A stretch of DNA of 64,000 bases, from assembly GCA_040954595.2 (NCBI GenBank), contig CM082584.2, positions 8,757,146-8,821,145 of the forward strand, read 5' to 3'. Positions 40,301 through 53,358 of this stretch are shown here, piece after piece (the stretch's first letter is position 1; every line of letters begins with the position of its first letter). Under the pieces are notes generated by a model, which saw nothing but the letters and a program-made list of their open reading frames with translations, was not told the DNA's origin and made no database searches. Position numbers and translations under genes: made by a program. Source of the stretch: Balanoglossus misakiensis (taxonomy: Eukaryota; Animalia; Hemichordata).

Positions 40301-43300
40301 TCTCGTCCGAAAAATTATTCAATATATTTCCCGCCGGTTTCAATTGATATGAGTCGACGAATATTTGTGAAGCAGCCAGCCAGTAAGTGGTTCGGGTCAG
40401 ATGCGCAACTGCAACTCATTCGGACCATTTTCGGCACTCCACATCATGCCCAATCGCACTTCCCGTTTCAAAAATAACTCATCACGTTCTAAAAATAGGC
40501 GATCAACATTTGGAGTCTGAACAAACAAACCGTTCTTCTAAATGCATGAAATCATACGTCACTCGGCAATGGGCGCCCTCTTCGTTAATAAACTTGGTAT
40601 AATTGGTCAAAAACTTTCAATTACTAAGTTACCACTCTACCCATATCGGCACCAAAAACACTTTATCAAGACATGGATATATTTTATAGGATCAGTGCGT
40701 GCTCCTACATGTAGATCGTCGTTTTTGCAATGTACACATATGACATTGTAGTACAACTTCCCTATTTTGTGAATCTTGGTGCTTTTCCTTATTTTGCAAA
40801 CAGCGAACTCCTAATCCTTTATAAGTGCGTCCGTTTTTTGATGAAGTCTATGGTTTGGCGTTTTAAAGTGATACACTTTTCGGCCAACAGCCGCGAGTGC
40901 CACTCGCCTGTTGACCGTTGCTTGGTTACCGCGCGGCTGCCTTCGATACGTGACCGGCCAACTTTGTTTTTTCGAGGTGCTAATTCGACATCTGCCAATT
41001 AGGGGTGGTATGTGCACTAACCATTAGCGTTAACGACCCTGTCGATGGCTACAATGATCTCTATGTTGATTTCTCGAGGCGACAGTTATGGGGTAAACAA
41101 ACAAAAATACCAAAATTAATATATACCATTTACCAAGGCGAGTAATAAAACGATGTTGGGTAGGAAATACAGTCACTCACCTTTCGCTTCTAATGATGCT
41201 TGTTTCTCAGAAGATACCAATAAACGCTTACACGGTAACAGTCATCCGTAAAATCCGGCGTTTTCCGGCGAATCTGGAATATGTATAGTCACGGGAGAAT
41301 TAGATTCGCGGTGGGGTTAGTCTCAACGTTAACGCAGGATGGTCCGACTATACACTTAACTCGTCTGTGAGAAATAGGGTACTCGTTTGACTAAATTTAG
41401 TGTCAGAATGATGAGTGACAGGTACAGCGACGCATGCTAGATAATATGGTGAGCCACGGGGGGTGTGTTCGGGGGGAAATGACCCGCACGCAACTTTAGA
41501 TTCAGTCGTGTATTTGGTGGCACAACCTGCCTTCAGTTGACATACTTATTGGATTTGAGCATGCCGCATATGGCACGTAGACCACCACACTGTTGCCCAG
41601 TGGACCCTCATGTTATCAAAATTGATTTGACCGCCGCTTGTTCAAACAATTAGACAATATCTACTTTTAGTATTAGGTAATGATTGCCAGGGGGGCCGGC
41701 CGGCTTGACAGGTAGTCTCGTGGTCGACAGGAAGGTCAAATCAGGTCACACTCGCGTTTAAAGAGACACACTGGCTGCAATTTCGTTTCATTACTTCCCG
41801 ATCTTTCTTTCAAATTACGATCATTCCATGTAGATACACTTACAGCGAGGTATTATTAACCACTGACTTGAACCGCATGTGCACGATTGAAGACGATAAA
41901 TAATAAACGGGTGTCCCACTTAAATATGGCCGCCTCCGTTGGATGGAATGCGTGGCACTCAATCCCCCTCCCTGTGACATTATACACTCTGTTTTCCACG
42001 CAATATGACAATCTGATCAGAAACTTCGGAAAGTTTGAAATGAAGCGAAAACTCTACATTCACCTATTCCGTCGGAAATGAATGCTATTGTCGTGGATAA
42101 AATTATTTATCATAATGGGTAGAATGCAAAGAAAATCTGAGAACATTGGAAGATATTTTGACTTTAACAAATTCCAAACGGTTGCTAGGACCCTCCAGGT
42201 GATATCTGGCCCCAATACGAATTCGAGCCACATTTTTGAGGATAATCTAAGTTTGAAATTTGAAAAACAGCAGCACAGGTACTTGTGGCTTGTCAACAAC
42301 AGTCTCGACTTAATCCCTGTCTAAAGTTTAAACATACCGCGGAGTAATCCGGGGTTTAGTACACGGTCCTCACTGATGCGATGTTAATCGCCGTGTGATG
42401 ATGTAAAGTTATTTTAGCATCCCATAATTAACCATCAAATTGCAATTTTCCGTTATTGCACTAAGGCACCAGTCAACAACTTGATAAATGTGCACATTCC
42501 GAACTGATCATATATTATACATAAAACACGAAGAAGACTTCACATACCATACACAAGTTAAACCAGAAAATGCAAAACCTAAGTCATATACACACCCCTC
42601 GATCTATCCCTTCTCGTGTCCGCCCCCTGTCTCAATGTCTGTATGTCTCTATGTCTGCAGGCATTTTTGTTATGCAATTTGTGGTCACGTGAACACTTGA
42701 TAAAAATAACCGCACCACTTTGTGAAACAAACAACTTGTAACGATCGATTGGCGTGTAATCACAGAGAGGTGTAAATATATTAGTTGTTTTGAAGGCAAT
42801 CGATGCAGGCGATAACAAACATACCTGTCCGACGTGAACAAGTGTCAACATTCCTATAATTTTCAAATCAGCTGAACAAGATTCTAATAATGTGGAAAAC
42901 AACTAAAAAGAAGGAAGAAGGTATGCGTATCATACGATGATTCCTAGCTTGGTCTTAGAAGTGATTCAAGCCGGCAACAATAACACGAAATGTTTTATGT
43001 CTTTTCAATGATTTCTTCTTTGGGAGGCTAAAACTTTCGGATGAAAATATTAATTTCAGGGCAACATAATCAGAGCGATCAGAAGTAACTAAATAAAGCG
43101 AAAATGTGGAATACTGTTTTGTATCTCCCCTTCTCTCTATATATACATATATACCTATCTATCGACCTATCGATCGATCTATCTATCTATCTGTTTGTCT
43201 GTCTGTACACTGATGAGCGTGTACTTATGATTGTGTTTCTTCTGTTGTTAGTGTCTAGATTAACACGGCGAGGATTTTAGCAAATAGACGAAAACTTCGG

Positions 43301-44248
43301 TTTAAAGTTCCCAGAAAAATAAATATATACATTTGTAAATCTAAACTATTTCTTTTTGAATTATTTTTTCCTTCATCTGGGCTGAGAGTCGTGACATTAA
43401 TGTGATATGGATTGGCGAACGATCGATCGAGAAAATAATACGGAAATGTAACGATTGTGACGGTGCCTGAGAAAAGCTTGTTAGAATATGCTAGCTGCTT
43501 GTACAACTAGACTTAGACTAAACTGTCTATAAAAGAAAAACAAAACAAAACAAATCTGCACTGACCGATGAATCCTTGACTGCATAGAAACGAGGAAAAT
43601 TACTGCAGCGGGCGGAGATCGATGTTTGAGCTTTACGGATACACCGCTTAGCATCAAGCCGCAAATTTATTACGCTGTTCAAAAATCAATCCAACGGCTC
43701 GAAAAAGCACTAAAGCACGTGACCCGATAAATCAAGAACTTTGTGATGTCAAAGTTGAATTAGGATGGCTGAAGGATAAAAATGTCACAAAAACAGGTAA
43801 ACAAGTCGAGAAACATGTATTTAATTGGTTGATGCGGGCATAATTATGTGATTTGGTGACACCGGGGTTCATTGCAATCGGCGCGGTATGCGGCGATACC
43901 AAAAAGCGTTGGCATTCTTTGGGTCAAAAGTCGGATTAAATTTGTCAGAGGAATTCAAAACAGCCTAACAGTTGACTAATTGTCCATTCTTAATAACTGT
44001 AGGACAAACATTAATGTTTGAAAAAGAGTCATATTTCTAACTCCGATAACAAAGTTTTGTGCCAAGTTTGGAGGGATGGAATAGCTGAGTCACGCTTTCA
44101 GTTCCGTATATTCGTTTGCTGCGGGATTTTTGATGACTTATGAAGCGCAGAAATAATGCTGCAATAGGTTAAAAGAAACTCATATAGATTTGCACACAGA
44201 CATTGGTGTCGGCGAAATAAAAAAAAATTGCGAAGCTGGCCTGGAAAC

Positions 44249-44298
44249 AAACAAGTGAACATCGATGACGTCATCGTTATCAAAACAAGTGAACATCG
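44249..44298. promoter_or_regulatory. Full CRE palindrome between 16-bp direct repeats
   Basis: cgatgacgtcatcg (44263-44276) with aaacaagtgaacatcg at 44249-44264 and 44283-44298. Confidence 0.4.
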
Positions 44299-47200
44299 GC
44301 TACGCAGCAACCCGTGGATGCGGCTGGTATACTCGATATGCTGGAGTAGAGAGAGTCTTGTGAGAATCAGCTTCAAATGTTAAAGAGCTGAAATAATGGA
44401 CATTATGGTGAATTTTAACAGCATATTCTATGTGCTTGCTAACAATTTAATGTCACTTTCTTTGAGGAACCAGTGTTACGTGAATACTAATTTGTAATAT
44501 CGGCTTGAAAAAAAGAACAACGATTTTACCTAAGAACAAAAATGTGGACAGAAAAATGTTTAAATATTTAACGGTTAGGTAAACTTGTCGAATATTTTTT
44601 TTTCTGATACCGCTTCATATCTACACGGGATCTGAACCGTACCCTCAGGAATTTACCGAAGAATGTATTTTGTCTGAATCGTTGAACTTTGCCCGGACCT
44701 GTTAAGCGTGGGGGGTTTGTCCTACCTATAGACACAGTTACACAATTATTAAAACAGTCTGTAATTTGCAAACGTGTAGTAGTAGGGGTTCGCGCCGATT
44801 GAGTCATTGGTGGCTTGAAACCGCGACATTTAGTGGACATTCCCGTAGCGCAAGCGACATTGCAAACATGTCTTACACGTAACTCATTCACTCGCCCAGG
44901 CGGTCGGCTGAAGGGCGTCAAAATCATCCAGAATGCCAAATATATCTAACGGTGTGTCAGAGAGTTTTCTTCTCTGTATAAGTTTACTGTAACACAATTA
45001 TTAGCATTGGAGAGACCAATTTGGCGACCGCATTTAGGTACAGTTATAATGAGACCAATTAATTTACCACGGAATAAATGGTCGTTGATAAGTAAAATCC
45101 AATGATCCATTCACAGATAAGGCACAGTTTCAGATAAGACAAAGAAAATTTAATGAGATTTTGATGAGTTGTAGTCACAGTACGCGAAGGAAACGCAAAA
45201 CAAGAATTTCGTTTCCATATCTATTGACAGGATTTGTTTCAAACCAAAATTACGCCAGTCGCCCCCAGAAGAGACAACTCCATCAATTGTCACTTGTCCC
45301 CAGAAACGAAGGTATGGTACCTATGTGGCCTGTCTGGGACCAACCCCCCGTACTGAAATTTGGTCAATATTAAATAACCCAAAATACTCCAATATACCTC
45401 ACACCAAGATATCAAACGTCGATATAAAACTATTTATTTAGCCATTTGCAAAACTCGAGTAAAGGTCGGATGGAGTGCCGAACATAACAAAATGGCAGCA
45501 AACACCATTTTAATGGACTTTTAGGTAGCTTCCTTGTTTGTTCAAGCGAACTAAACGTCGATTAAGTACAAGATTTGAACTACCTTCATAAATCATTCTA
45601 GTGCCGCCGAATCAGTTGACCCAAAATGTATATTCGCTGTCTTGGCAAGCACAAGGTAAAGGTCCCTCATATACTAATGATTTACATGTATAATCAACGC
45701 TGCGCGGTACATTACCGATAAAATTAACCCTTTTTTCGTTATGGCAATCTTGATTTCTCTGGCGCAATGAACGCCGCAATTTCCTGAGAAAAACACAGTG
45801 TCACTGTTGAAAATTAATGAACCAAAAACTATTTTAGGAAAATCAGTAATGGCGTGTGCCATTTCATCATTGCAGTTTATCATGGGCAATTTACTCAAAC
45901 TTATTTTATCGTTCTCTGGTTGTCGTGGTAACTGCATCTAAAATGAAGAGAGCCAGTGGAAACAAATATGCTGCTGAAAAGACCCATTGTCTACAGAACA
46001 TCGTTAGGGACAGGATTACATTTTTATGTAAATGTCGCGTTATCTTCAGATGTTAAGGTAACTATGGTAACAGCTGTCTAACTAAAACTCGCAAATAAAG
46101 TAACTGTGAGTAATTGCTCGTTATCTACCTCCATTATCGATATCACACAACAGACCGATTCTAATATATCTTACTATTTTGCTACAGTAGATATTTAATA
46201 TCAGGTTAGTCACACCATTGGCAGTAATTCAAACTTATACGATCATCAATTAAAAAAACACCGGATCTACGGTGAATAAATCACTTCTTTAAGTTCATCT
46301 TGTGTCTATTTTGAGTTAAAAATCAACCTGTAAGTTTCGGCGATTAAGAACAGTGGTTTCTTTGATTTTTGCTCTCTGTCGGTTAATAAGACTGTTTGAC
46401 AGCACGGGGGACGGAATCACTCCGCAAGCACTAACTCTATCTGGCATAAGAACATAATAATCAAACATTGATTTTACCCCGGTCAATATGAAAATATGTT
46501 TAAGCCTACAATTCAATTTTCCTACAGATTGAGAAAGGATCGCTTTCTTCACGAGGGGTTCTTTCTGAAAAACTAAACTATTCCTCATGAATATGGTAAG
46601 ACTTTTAGAGCGCAATCAAGTTGGATAATTATGCAATTCTCCAAATCTTAAATAAATCATTACTTCGTGAAGTCAGACGATCGAATTAAAAAGAACGCGC
46701 CGTTTGTGATGTCCTGTTTATAAATGGTATTTACAGCATGATTAACGACCATAACGCCACCATTATAATCTAATTTATTAACTTAAAGTTCCATGAACCA
46801 TCGACAAGATACTAAAACAAATTCACGTGTCTTGTGAGCGAATGGTTTCCCTGGAGATTGTGGGATTTGACAATTAGTTCGTCTAATTGAAGAACAAGCG
46901 AGAGAATTAAAATTAGGACGAAGGTGTTAGTTTGGATGTCGCAAATTGGAGCGAGGTGAACTTGCGATTTATTGTCGTTAATCCTAAAACCCCATTGAGG
47001 GTTTTGGTGAGTACTCTTATATGGCAGCGACTTCCAGACTGCACCGCCTAGTGAAAAATTCCAACACCCAAGAAAACGCACAATGTCCCATTATTGTCGA
47101 AGTCTGTAGGCTGTCTTTGAAGAAGCCGACGCGACGACAGTATCAGCGGGTTTGGCTCGAATGCGTCGCCTGCAGACTGCCCTTTTGGCGACGTACGAGC

Positions 47201-47815
47201 AGATACGGGCGAAGATAGATTGAAGATTTTTGGGTTCGGTTGACGTAAACTGTAGCAACTGCACGTGACGAATATGCAAACGGTCAATCTACTGCCGTTT
47301 TACTCCTATTTCGTCGAATACTGCTAGAGTATCACTTGTTTAGTTTGCTAATTCTACAAAATATTTCCGTGACACTTTTGAGTAAAAGTCTTCGATGTAA
47401 AACATGGGTTCCAGTAAGCACTTTTCACCCCCACCTCAAAAATTACTGCAAGACCTCACCTTGATTTGACATCTTGAAAAAAGTGTTCGAAATTCTCACA
47501 CCACGACGAACATGATGGAATTCTTATCATAACCAAATTCTTGGAACTCAACCACCTAAAATATATGAATTATAAGATCATCTTTTCAGCTATAAATGGT
47601 CAATTACTCCTAGTCCATCATCTAGGCTGGGTGTTTGCAGACCTAGATTCTAGGGCAATGCATTTCATGGCTTTGCTCATTTTCTCGTTAGGTTAAACAG
47701 TTAACTCTTAACCTAAGCTTGATTTTGGGACACACACTATCAATATATCAATATATATGATATTCAAATAGTCCAGGCTCGTCTCTCTGACTCAGAAATG
47801 GTTCCAGGCTGACTC

Positions 47816-48107
47816 ACCTAGGTGATTGATATGGTGGGCACAATTTCAAGATGGCCGACACAATTTCAAGATGGCCGAATTTTGCCTAATTTAAGAAATA
47901 AAAGTTCATGAGCTTGTGATACTGGGTCATTCTGAAACGTCATATCAGAAAAATAACAAAATGTGTAAAAAGTTAAATGTTTAATATGCTAACTACCAAA
48001 GGAAGTCATGAAATCACCTTTTTACTCTCACTAATGAGTCAGCCTTTTACCCAGAATGCAATTATTATAATGTAATTTGACCCCCTAGCATGAAGTAAAA
48101 ACCTATT
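47816..48107 (+). repeat. Dispersed repeat, copy 1 (contains a tandem 20-bp cacaatttcaagatggccga x2)
   Basis: Blocks shared in the same order with 50067-50264: acctaggtga, cacaatttcaagatg, ttttgcc, cttttacccagaatgca, atttgac.ccctagca, aaacctatt. Confidence 0.85.
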
Positions 48108-48181
48108 GACTGATTTCGAGTCGTTTAAGGACACACACAAACACACACACACAGACTGGACATGTTTGGAACAATGAAATG

Positions 48182-48187
48182 TTTATT
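48182..48187 (-). terminator. Probable KDM4 polyadenylation signal (3' UTR about 1.35 kb)
   Basis: AATAAA on the minus strand, followed about 30 nt downstream by a (TG)n GU-rich tract (the CA repeat near 48130-48153 on +). Confidence 0.6.
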
Positions 48188-49513
48188 CAAAGTGAGATCA
48201 CAGACATATTACAGAACTCATAAATGACTACTGAATGTCCCGGAACCTCTTTTCTCACACAAAACTTCTGAAGGTTCAAAGTGCAAAGTGGACTATCTAC
48301 TGAATGTATCTGGGTTATTATAATAACAAGGTGATTTTATACAGATGTCACATAACAGTTGTCTGTGACCAAAACGTCTACGGTGCTACAAAAAAATTAG
48401 TTACAACCACATAATTGATTTTTTTCCTTTTTCTATTGGTTAATTGTCCAGAGAAGAGAGGTGTATATCTTGATGGGTTGTGCAAAATTGTCTGGCTATT
48501 CTGACGTGTATAGACATGTGTAATTTTGGGTTGTTTTGTTCTCCAAGTTCTTAACTCTTGTCAATATCTGTGCCTCTCATTCAAACTTGAAATAATTAGT
48601 CAGTAGTATTCCGAATGTAGAAAAAAAATTGGGAAAATTCCTATAACTTCGTATGTGCCAAACTCCTGAAAATCAATGCATTTATACATCTTTGGATAAG
48701 ACAGAACATTAAAGGATTCTCTGAAGAAAATATGCTGCTTTGAGAATCAGTTTTCTTGCTCTGCATGTGGACACAACATATACAGAGCAGTGTCCTTATA
48801 CTTCAGGAACAAAATCATACAAAGTAACGCTCAACTAAACTCTACGTCTATTACATTCATATAAAGAAAAATAAAGACTTTATATTTACACTTCAACAAA
48901 CAAACAAAACAGGATTTTCCCATGACAACTGATTACATGCAGGTAAGTCAAATTATTTTTTTTTTCTTCAATAGTTTTTGTTTGGACTAAACATAAAGTA
49001 CTCAGATGCACTGGAGCAATATATGTCGACAAAATATGAACTTTCTTTTTTCATGGTATAAAATTCTACTAATTATAGACACCACTACCAAGCACTGGAA
49101 AAAATGACCAGAATATCTTCATGTAATTTCCAATCTGTTTTCTCCAACAATGAGTCATTCAATAAATAATAGTATAGTTAATTTTATGTAGATGAATTGG
49201 CAAACCTAGTTTGGGACTATTTCTTATTCAATCAGACAAGCCAGAGCACGACTTTAAAATAGTCGTTATTCAAGTTGTAGCAACTCGAAATTCAGGATTT
49301 ACAAACAAGCAAACCAAAACGGGGGCTGATATGGCACATTCTTGTGAGGTTCCCTCAACGAATGCCCCCCCTCCCCTCCAACCCCATAAGTAAGTGGTAC
49401 TTTTACTGCCACAGGCAGGATTGACAGAACGTGTGATAGTCAAATTGGGAAAAATTGGACATTTGAGAATCTTCAAAAAATGTCTGAATATAAAGCTGCT
49501 TTTAGTGGAACAA

Positions 49514-49810
49514 CTATGCAGTTCCCTGTACATATCCGCGATGCCTGTGTCGATTTTCCAGAAACATATCCTCTGCCATCGGAGGGAGTGCATCCCCTTC
49601 CTGCGACGGCCGATCATCTTCATCATCCTCTGTCGAAGTATTCCACTCAGCCTGGGATTGGCTATTGGTTCGGATGCGCGGCCTCCCCACATCGTCAGAG
49701 CCCAGGGCGGCCATGAAGGGCTTGGCGTATCTGCTGTACACATTTCTGTGCTTGTCCTCCACCACGGGATCGCCGTAGAATATCTTGTGTCTCATGTCTG
49801 TCGCTGTTGA
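49514..49810 (-). CDS. KDM4: KDM4 terminal coding exon
   Basis: STATDMRH...KHRNVYSRY resembles KDM4A SVASDMRF...RQRVINSRY. Acceptor ttttctcag|, stop TAG at 49514-49516. Confidence 0.88.
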   Translation of the reverse strand, partial: STATDMRHKIFYGDPVVEDKHRNVYSRYAKPFMAALGSDDVGRPRIRTNSQSQAEWNTSTEDDEDDRPSQEGDALPPMAEDMFLENRHRHRGYVQGTA

Positions 49811-50066
49811 CTGAGAAAAGGCAAAGCACAGTAAGTGTCTACAATTTAGCTTTCTCAAGCCCCTGGAGCCCAGCCCCCGGAATAGTTCAAAAAGCCTCTA
49901 TCAGCATCACCAGTTGGGTCCAAACACACTGTCTTCAATGGTGTGGTTGGACCTGTATGCAATGCAAGGATACAGAGAGGAAAGGGTTAAAGTTGCCTCA
50001 TCTCTGCAAGGATGAGCATTTTACATGAACTGACACAATTCTCGCTACCTCAAATAGGTTTTCGCT

Positions 50067-50264
50067 ACCTAGGTGAGTAATGAAAATCTATGGTCGACAC
50101 AATTTCAAGATGACAGACTTTTGCCATGTTCAAACACAAAACATAAAACGTGAGAAAAATTGAATGAGTTTAGTACTAGTATACTACAAAGACAGTGAGT
50201 TATTTATCTTTTACCCAGAATGCATTATGCGATTTGACTCCCTAGCACAAAGTGTAAACCTATT
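50067..50264 (+). repeat. Dispersed repeat, copy 2 (in the last KDM4 intron)
   Basis: Same ordered blocks as 47816-48107, about 95 bp shorter internally. Confidence 0.85.
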
Positions 50265-50348
50265 TAAGGAAGCCAGAATTAAATGGAGCAAGGACAGAAA
50301 TGAAATTCTCCCACAATCCCGGTTTTAAAACTACAGGCGAGAACTTAC

Positions 50349-50561
50349 CAGTTTTGATCTGACACGCTTTGGCAGTGATTCGTCTTCTATGTACAAATCT
50401 TCCCGTTTGACTGTGGTCGTGGAACCATCCTCAAATGTCACCTGATACAAGGTGAGGGCGTGATGACCTCTGAACTTGGCATGATACAGCAAGCCATCAG
50501 GCCATTTGACTTCAACCGCACTGCCTTCAGCGGGTGGGCCGTTGCGCTCACAATCATAGTT
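50349..50561 (-). CDS. KDM4: KDM4 exon: Tudor, second half
   Basis: Absent from the ORF track: NYDCERNGPPAEGSAVEVKWPDGLLYHAKF...YQVTFEDGSTTTVKREDLYIEDESLPKRVRSKL; 213 nt, donor CTG|gtaagt. Confidence 0.95.
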
Positions 50562-50735
50562 CTGAAATCAAAACAGCAATTGTAAAATCTAGCTCCCTGC
50601 ACTGGTAATTATACAGGGACTCGTCTATAGTGCCCAAATTCAAAATCTTCACAGTACAATAATATTTCTGACATAATGTATAAACATTTTCTTTAGAGAC
50701 ACACAACACGGAATACAAGCTAAGACACAACTTAC

Positions 50736-50906
50736 ACTGATGTCGCAAGGAAACAAATTATCGCTGTATGAACCATCGTCAAAATCCACATGATAGTAGA
50801 TCTGCTGAGTTGTGTCGGTCACTTCGGAGCGGTAGTACCGACAGTTCTTATGCTTGGCTATCACTTGTTGCCCAAGCTTGATTTCTGGCAGTGGTCTGTT
50901 TTGATT
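50736..50906 (-). CDS. KDM4: KDM4 exon: Tudor, first half
   Basis: IKLGQQVIAKHKNCRYY...YHVDFDDGSYSDNLFPCDIS; 171 nt, donor AGT|gtaagt. Confidence 0.95.
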
Positions 50907-51038
50907 CTGTGGCGAGAGAAGAATGAAGAGAAAAGAAAAGATGGTTATCATCTACTCCTTGTTTTCCGGGTTTTGCTTCGAAACAAGCATGGTGGAACCA
51001 CACAAAACCTAACTACAGGAAGGAAGAAAGAAACCCAC

Positions 51039-51230
51039 CTGATCTTTACTGCTGTTGTGTTTTTGGCAAGTCACATAGACCGAGTACGGCCAGTCGGCTG
51101 GCTCCATGGTGACCCCAGCTGCAGACGCACAGGTCACATGGAATGACATACAGCATTTGCCGATCGAACATTGTATGCACGCTCCGATGGACTTCTCAAA
51201 TTTCAATATGGAATGGCAGTAGAAACACCT
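51039..51230 (-). CDS. KDM4: KDM4 exon: PHD2
   Basis: RCFYC...[43 protein letters not shown]; 192 nt, phase 0 to 0. Confidence 0.95.
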
Positions 51231-51682
51231 CTGTAAGAGACATCAGTTGAATTTTGAGAATTGATGCAGTGAGTCAATGAAATCACACTGGGACTCTTTG
51301 TTTCATTCATTCAGATCATGCCTCCCATCGGGAAAAAAAAAGAGTTTTTGTACAAAACAACAGCAGCTGTGATTACTTATTCAGAATTTATGATGCTTCC
51401 ATTTGTAACTGTTATTGTTCTATTCTGTGATGATAACTTTCTCTTGTTTGGACACCTCGGGGGAGAAATCATCAACCTAAGAAACCCATTCATCCCCATT
51501 TCCTGTGGTATGACCCGTCTGACCATTGAAAACAATAGGAACATTGTGCTGCGATAATACACAGCGGGGGTGGCACAGATCGAGTCAAACTATTCTCTTT
51601 TGTAGTCTTCACCCTATTGTTTTCTGTGGTCGCGCCAAGAGAATGAGAAACAAGGGGATGTACTAGGTAAGAGTTGACTCAC

Positions 51683-51847
51683 CAGTTTCAGCCTTGCCGG
51701 CCTGATCTTTGTAATATCAATGGGTTCTCGAAGAGCCACGTTTTCAAAGCAGACGTCCGGGACAGCCACCGCACACACCATGTGAGCCCACCTGCCATCC
51801 GTGGTGGGTTTCATGGCTCCCCCTCGCAAGCTACAAAGGCAGCAAGC
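51683..51847 (-). CDS. KDM4: KDM4 exon: zinc knuckle / pre-PHD2
   Basis: [55 protein letters not shown]; 165 nt, phase 0 to 0, donor CTG|gtgagt. Confidence 0.95.
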
Positions 51848-52387
51848 CTGTGTAATAAAAAAAATCATTACGTGTTACAACACCATGCACTTGAAAATGT
51901 CTGATTACTTAACAAAACAGCTTTGGGAAGCTTAAAACTCTACGAGAGAGAAGTGTTATTTCACCATAATCAGTGTATTATATATTCATTGCTATCGAAG
52001 AGCTTCATCCTTCAGTACTGGCATTTTAACTTTTTGAAATTTCGAGAACAAGATTTATTTCGGACCAAAGCACACACACACAGTTGTAGTTTTACTAGTC
52101 TAAGACAACAATTGGCTACCCCTGGGTTATTTCTCATTAAGCCCCCACCAACACTAAATCCAGTATTTAGTCTAGAATTCTATCCCCAGCACACTTCAAA
52201 ACCTCTTTACACGGCAACACACAGACAACTGCCAATCCATTGAGATCATACAAGCATGGACAGTTTTTAAGAATGCTCTGTACTTTTCTTTTGAAATCTA
52301 TTGTGCTGGTGTGAGATATAATACCTTTCTTTCTGTTGGGACAGTCAGTTTATTTTATTCCTTTAAACAAGCAGACAGAATACTCAC

Positions 52388-52470
52388 AATATCCATATTT
52401 CCACCGGAACATCTTCTGCAATTCCAGTCTTCTATACTCTGAGTGTCAACATCAAACTCACCATAGCAGC
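52388..52470 (-). CDS. KDM4: KDM4 exon: end of PHD1
   Basis: 83-nt exon absent from the ORF track: (S)CYGEFDVDTQSIEDWNCRRCSGGNMDI. Acceptor catag|, donor ATT|gtgagt; phase 1 to 0. Confidence 0.92.
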
Positions 52471-52779
52471 CTATGACAGAAGAATCATATAAGCAATGCT
52501 TACAAACAAGTCAGTTTATAATATAAACCTTTTCTGAAATGTCACTTTCAGTCTAGACTCGGCCAGTGCACTACCACCTCATATAATGATGTCAGACAAA
52601 TGTCAACTGAGCGTTATTAATACAAGACAGCGAGAACAGTGGACAGGTAATGTTCAATTGCTGATACGTACAGCTGTTGTGTAAGAACTCTAAGACAATT
52701 AATTCCTCTCAGCTGACTGACTCACAGACTGGCCTGACCGAAACAAAAGTCTGATTCAACAAACGCCGCCTCGACTTAC

Positions 52780-53035
52780 TTGCATGGACAGCCACTTTAC
52801 AACAGGAACACTGTAAGACCAAGCTCTTGCCGTCCCTGTCAATCAAATCATTGGTATTCAACGGCATGGACTCGGTGTTCTCCGGGTTAGATGCATAGCA
52901 CATTTCGGGTATACACACAACCGTCCTGTCGGGCTGGTCTGCGTCCCAACCAGTTGAGGTCCTTGCAGGGGACAGACTGAACACGCTCTGCTGCTGCGTC
53001 TGTGAGCTGCTGCCCTCTTCAGAATTCTGATCCCA
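52780..53035 (-). CDS. KDM4: KDM4 exon: PHD1
   Basis: IPEMCY...DGKSLVLQCSCCKVAVHA fits the KDM4 IPEMCF...DGTS.L..C..C...VHAS motif. Donor A|gtaagt; phase 0 to 1. Confidence 0.93.
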
Positions 53036-53358
53036 CTGAAATGATGAATAAACGCAGGTTATCACACTCGGGTTATGCTGGATGGCATTTTAATACACTT
53101 TACTGGTAGCTACAGGAGTAAGCAACAGACAGGCATGCACACATACGAGCACACACACACACCATGTACTCTTTCTAGATAACCACGCTGTATGTACAAA
53201 ACTTAAAGGGGAAATTTTCAATCCCTGGTACTTGCATTAGTTCTTGTTGACACTGACTGTTTATGCAATACAAAGCCTTTGTTTTCCATTAAAATCTTTA
53301 TCCAGTTCATCCATTTTCTGTTACACTGATAAAGGTGAGTATCTTTCACTGAACTCAC

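Noticed and set aside
49270-49810. Overlapping 157-aa (minus) and 138-aa (plus) ORFs at the KDM4 end
   Set aside because: Only the frame ending at 49514 continues the Tudor exon and shows KDM4 similarity.
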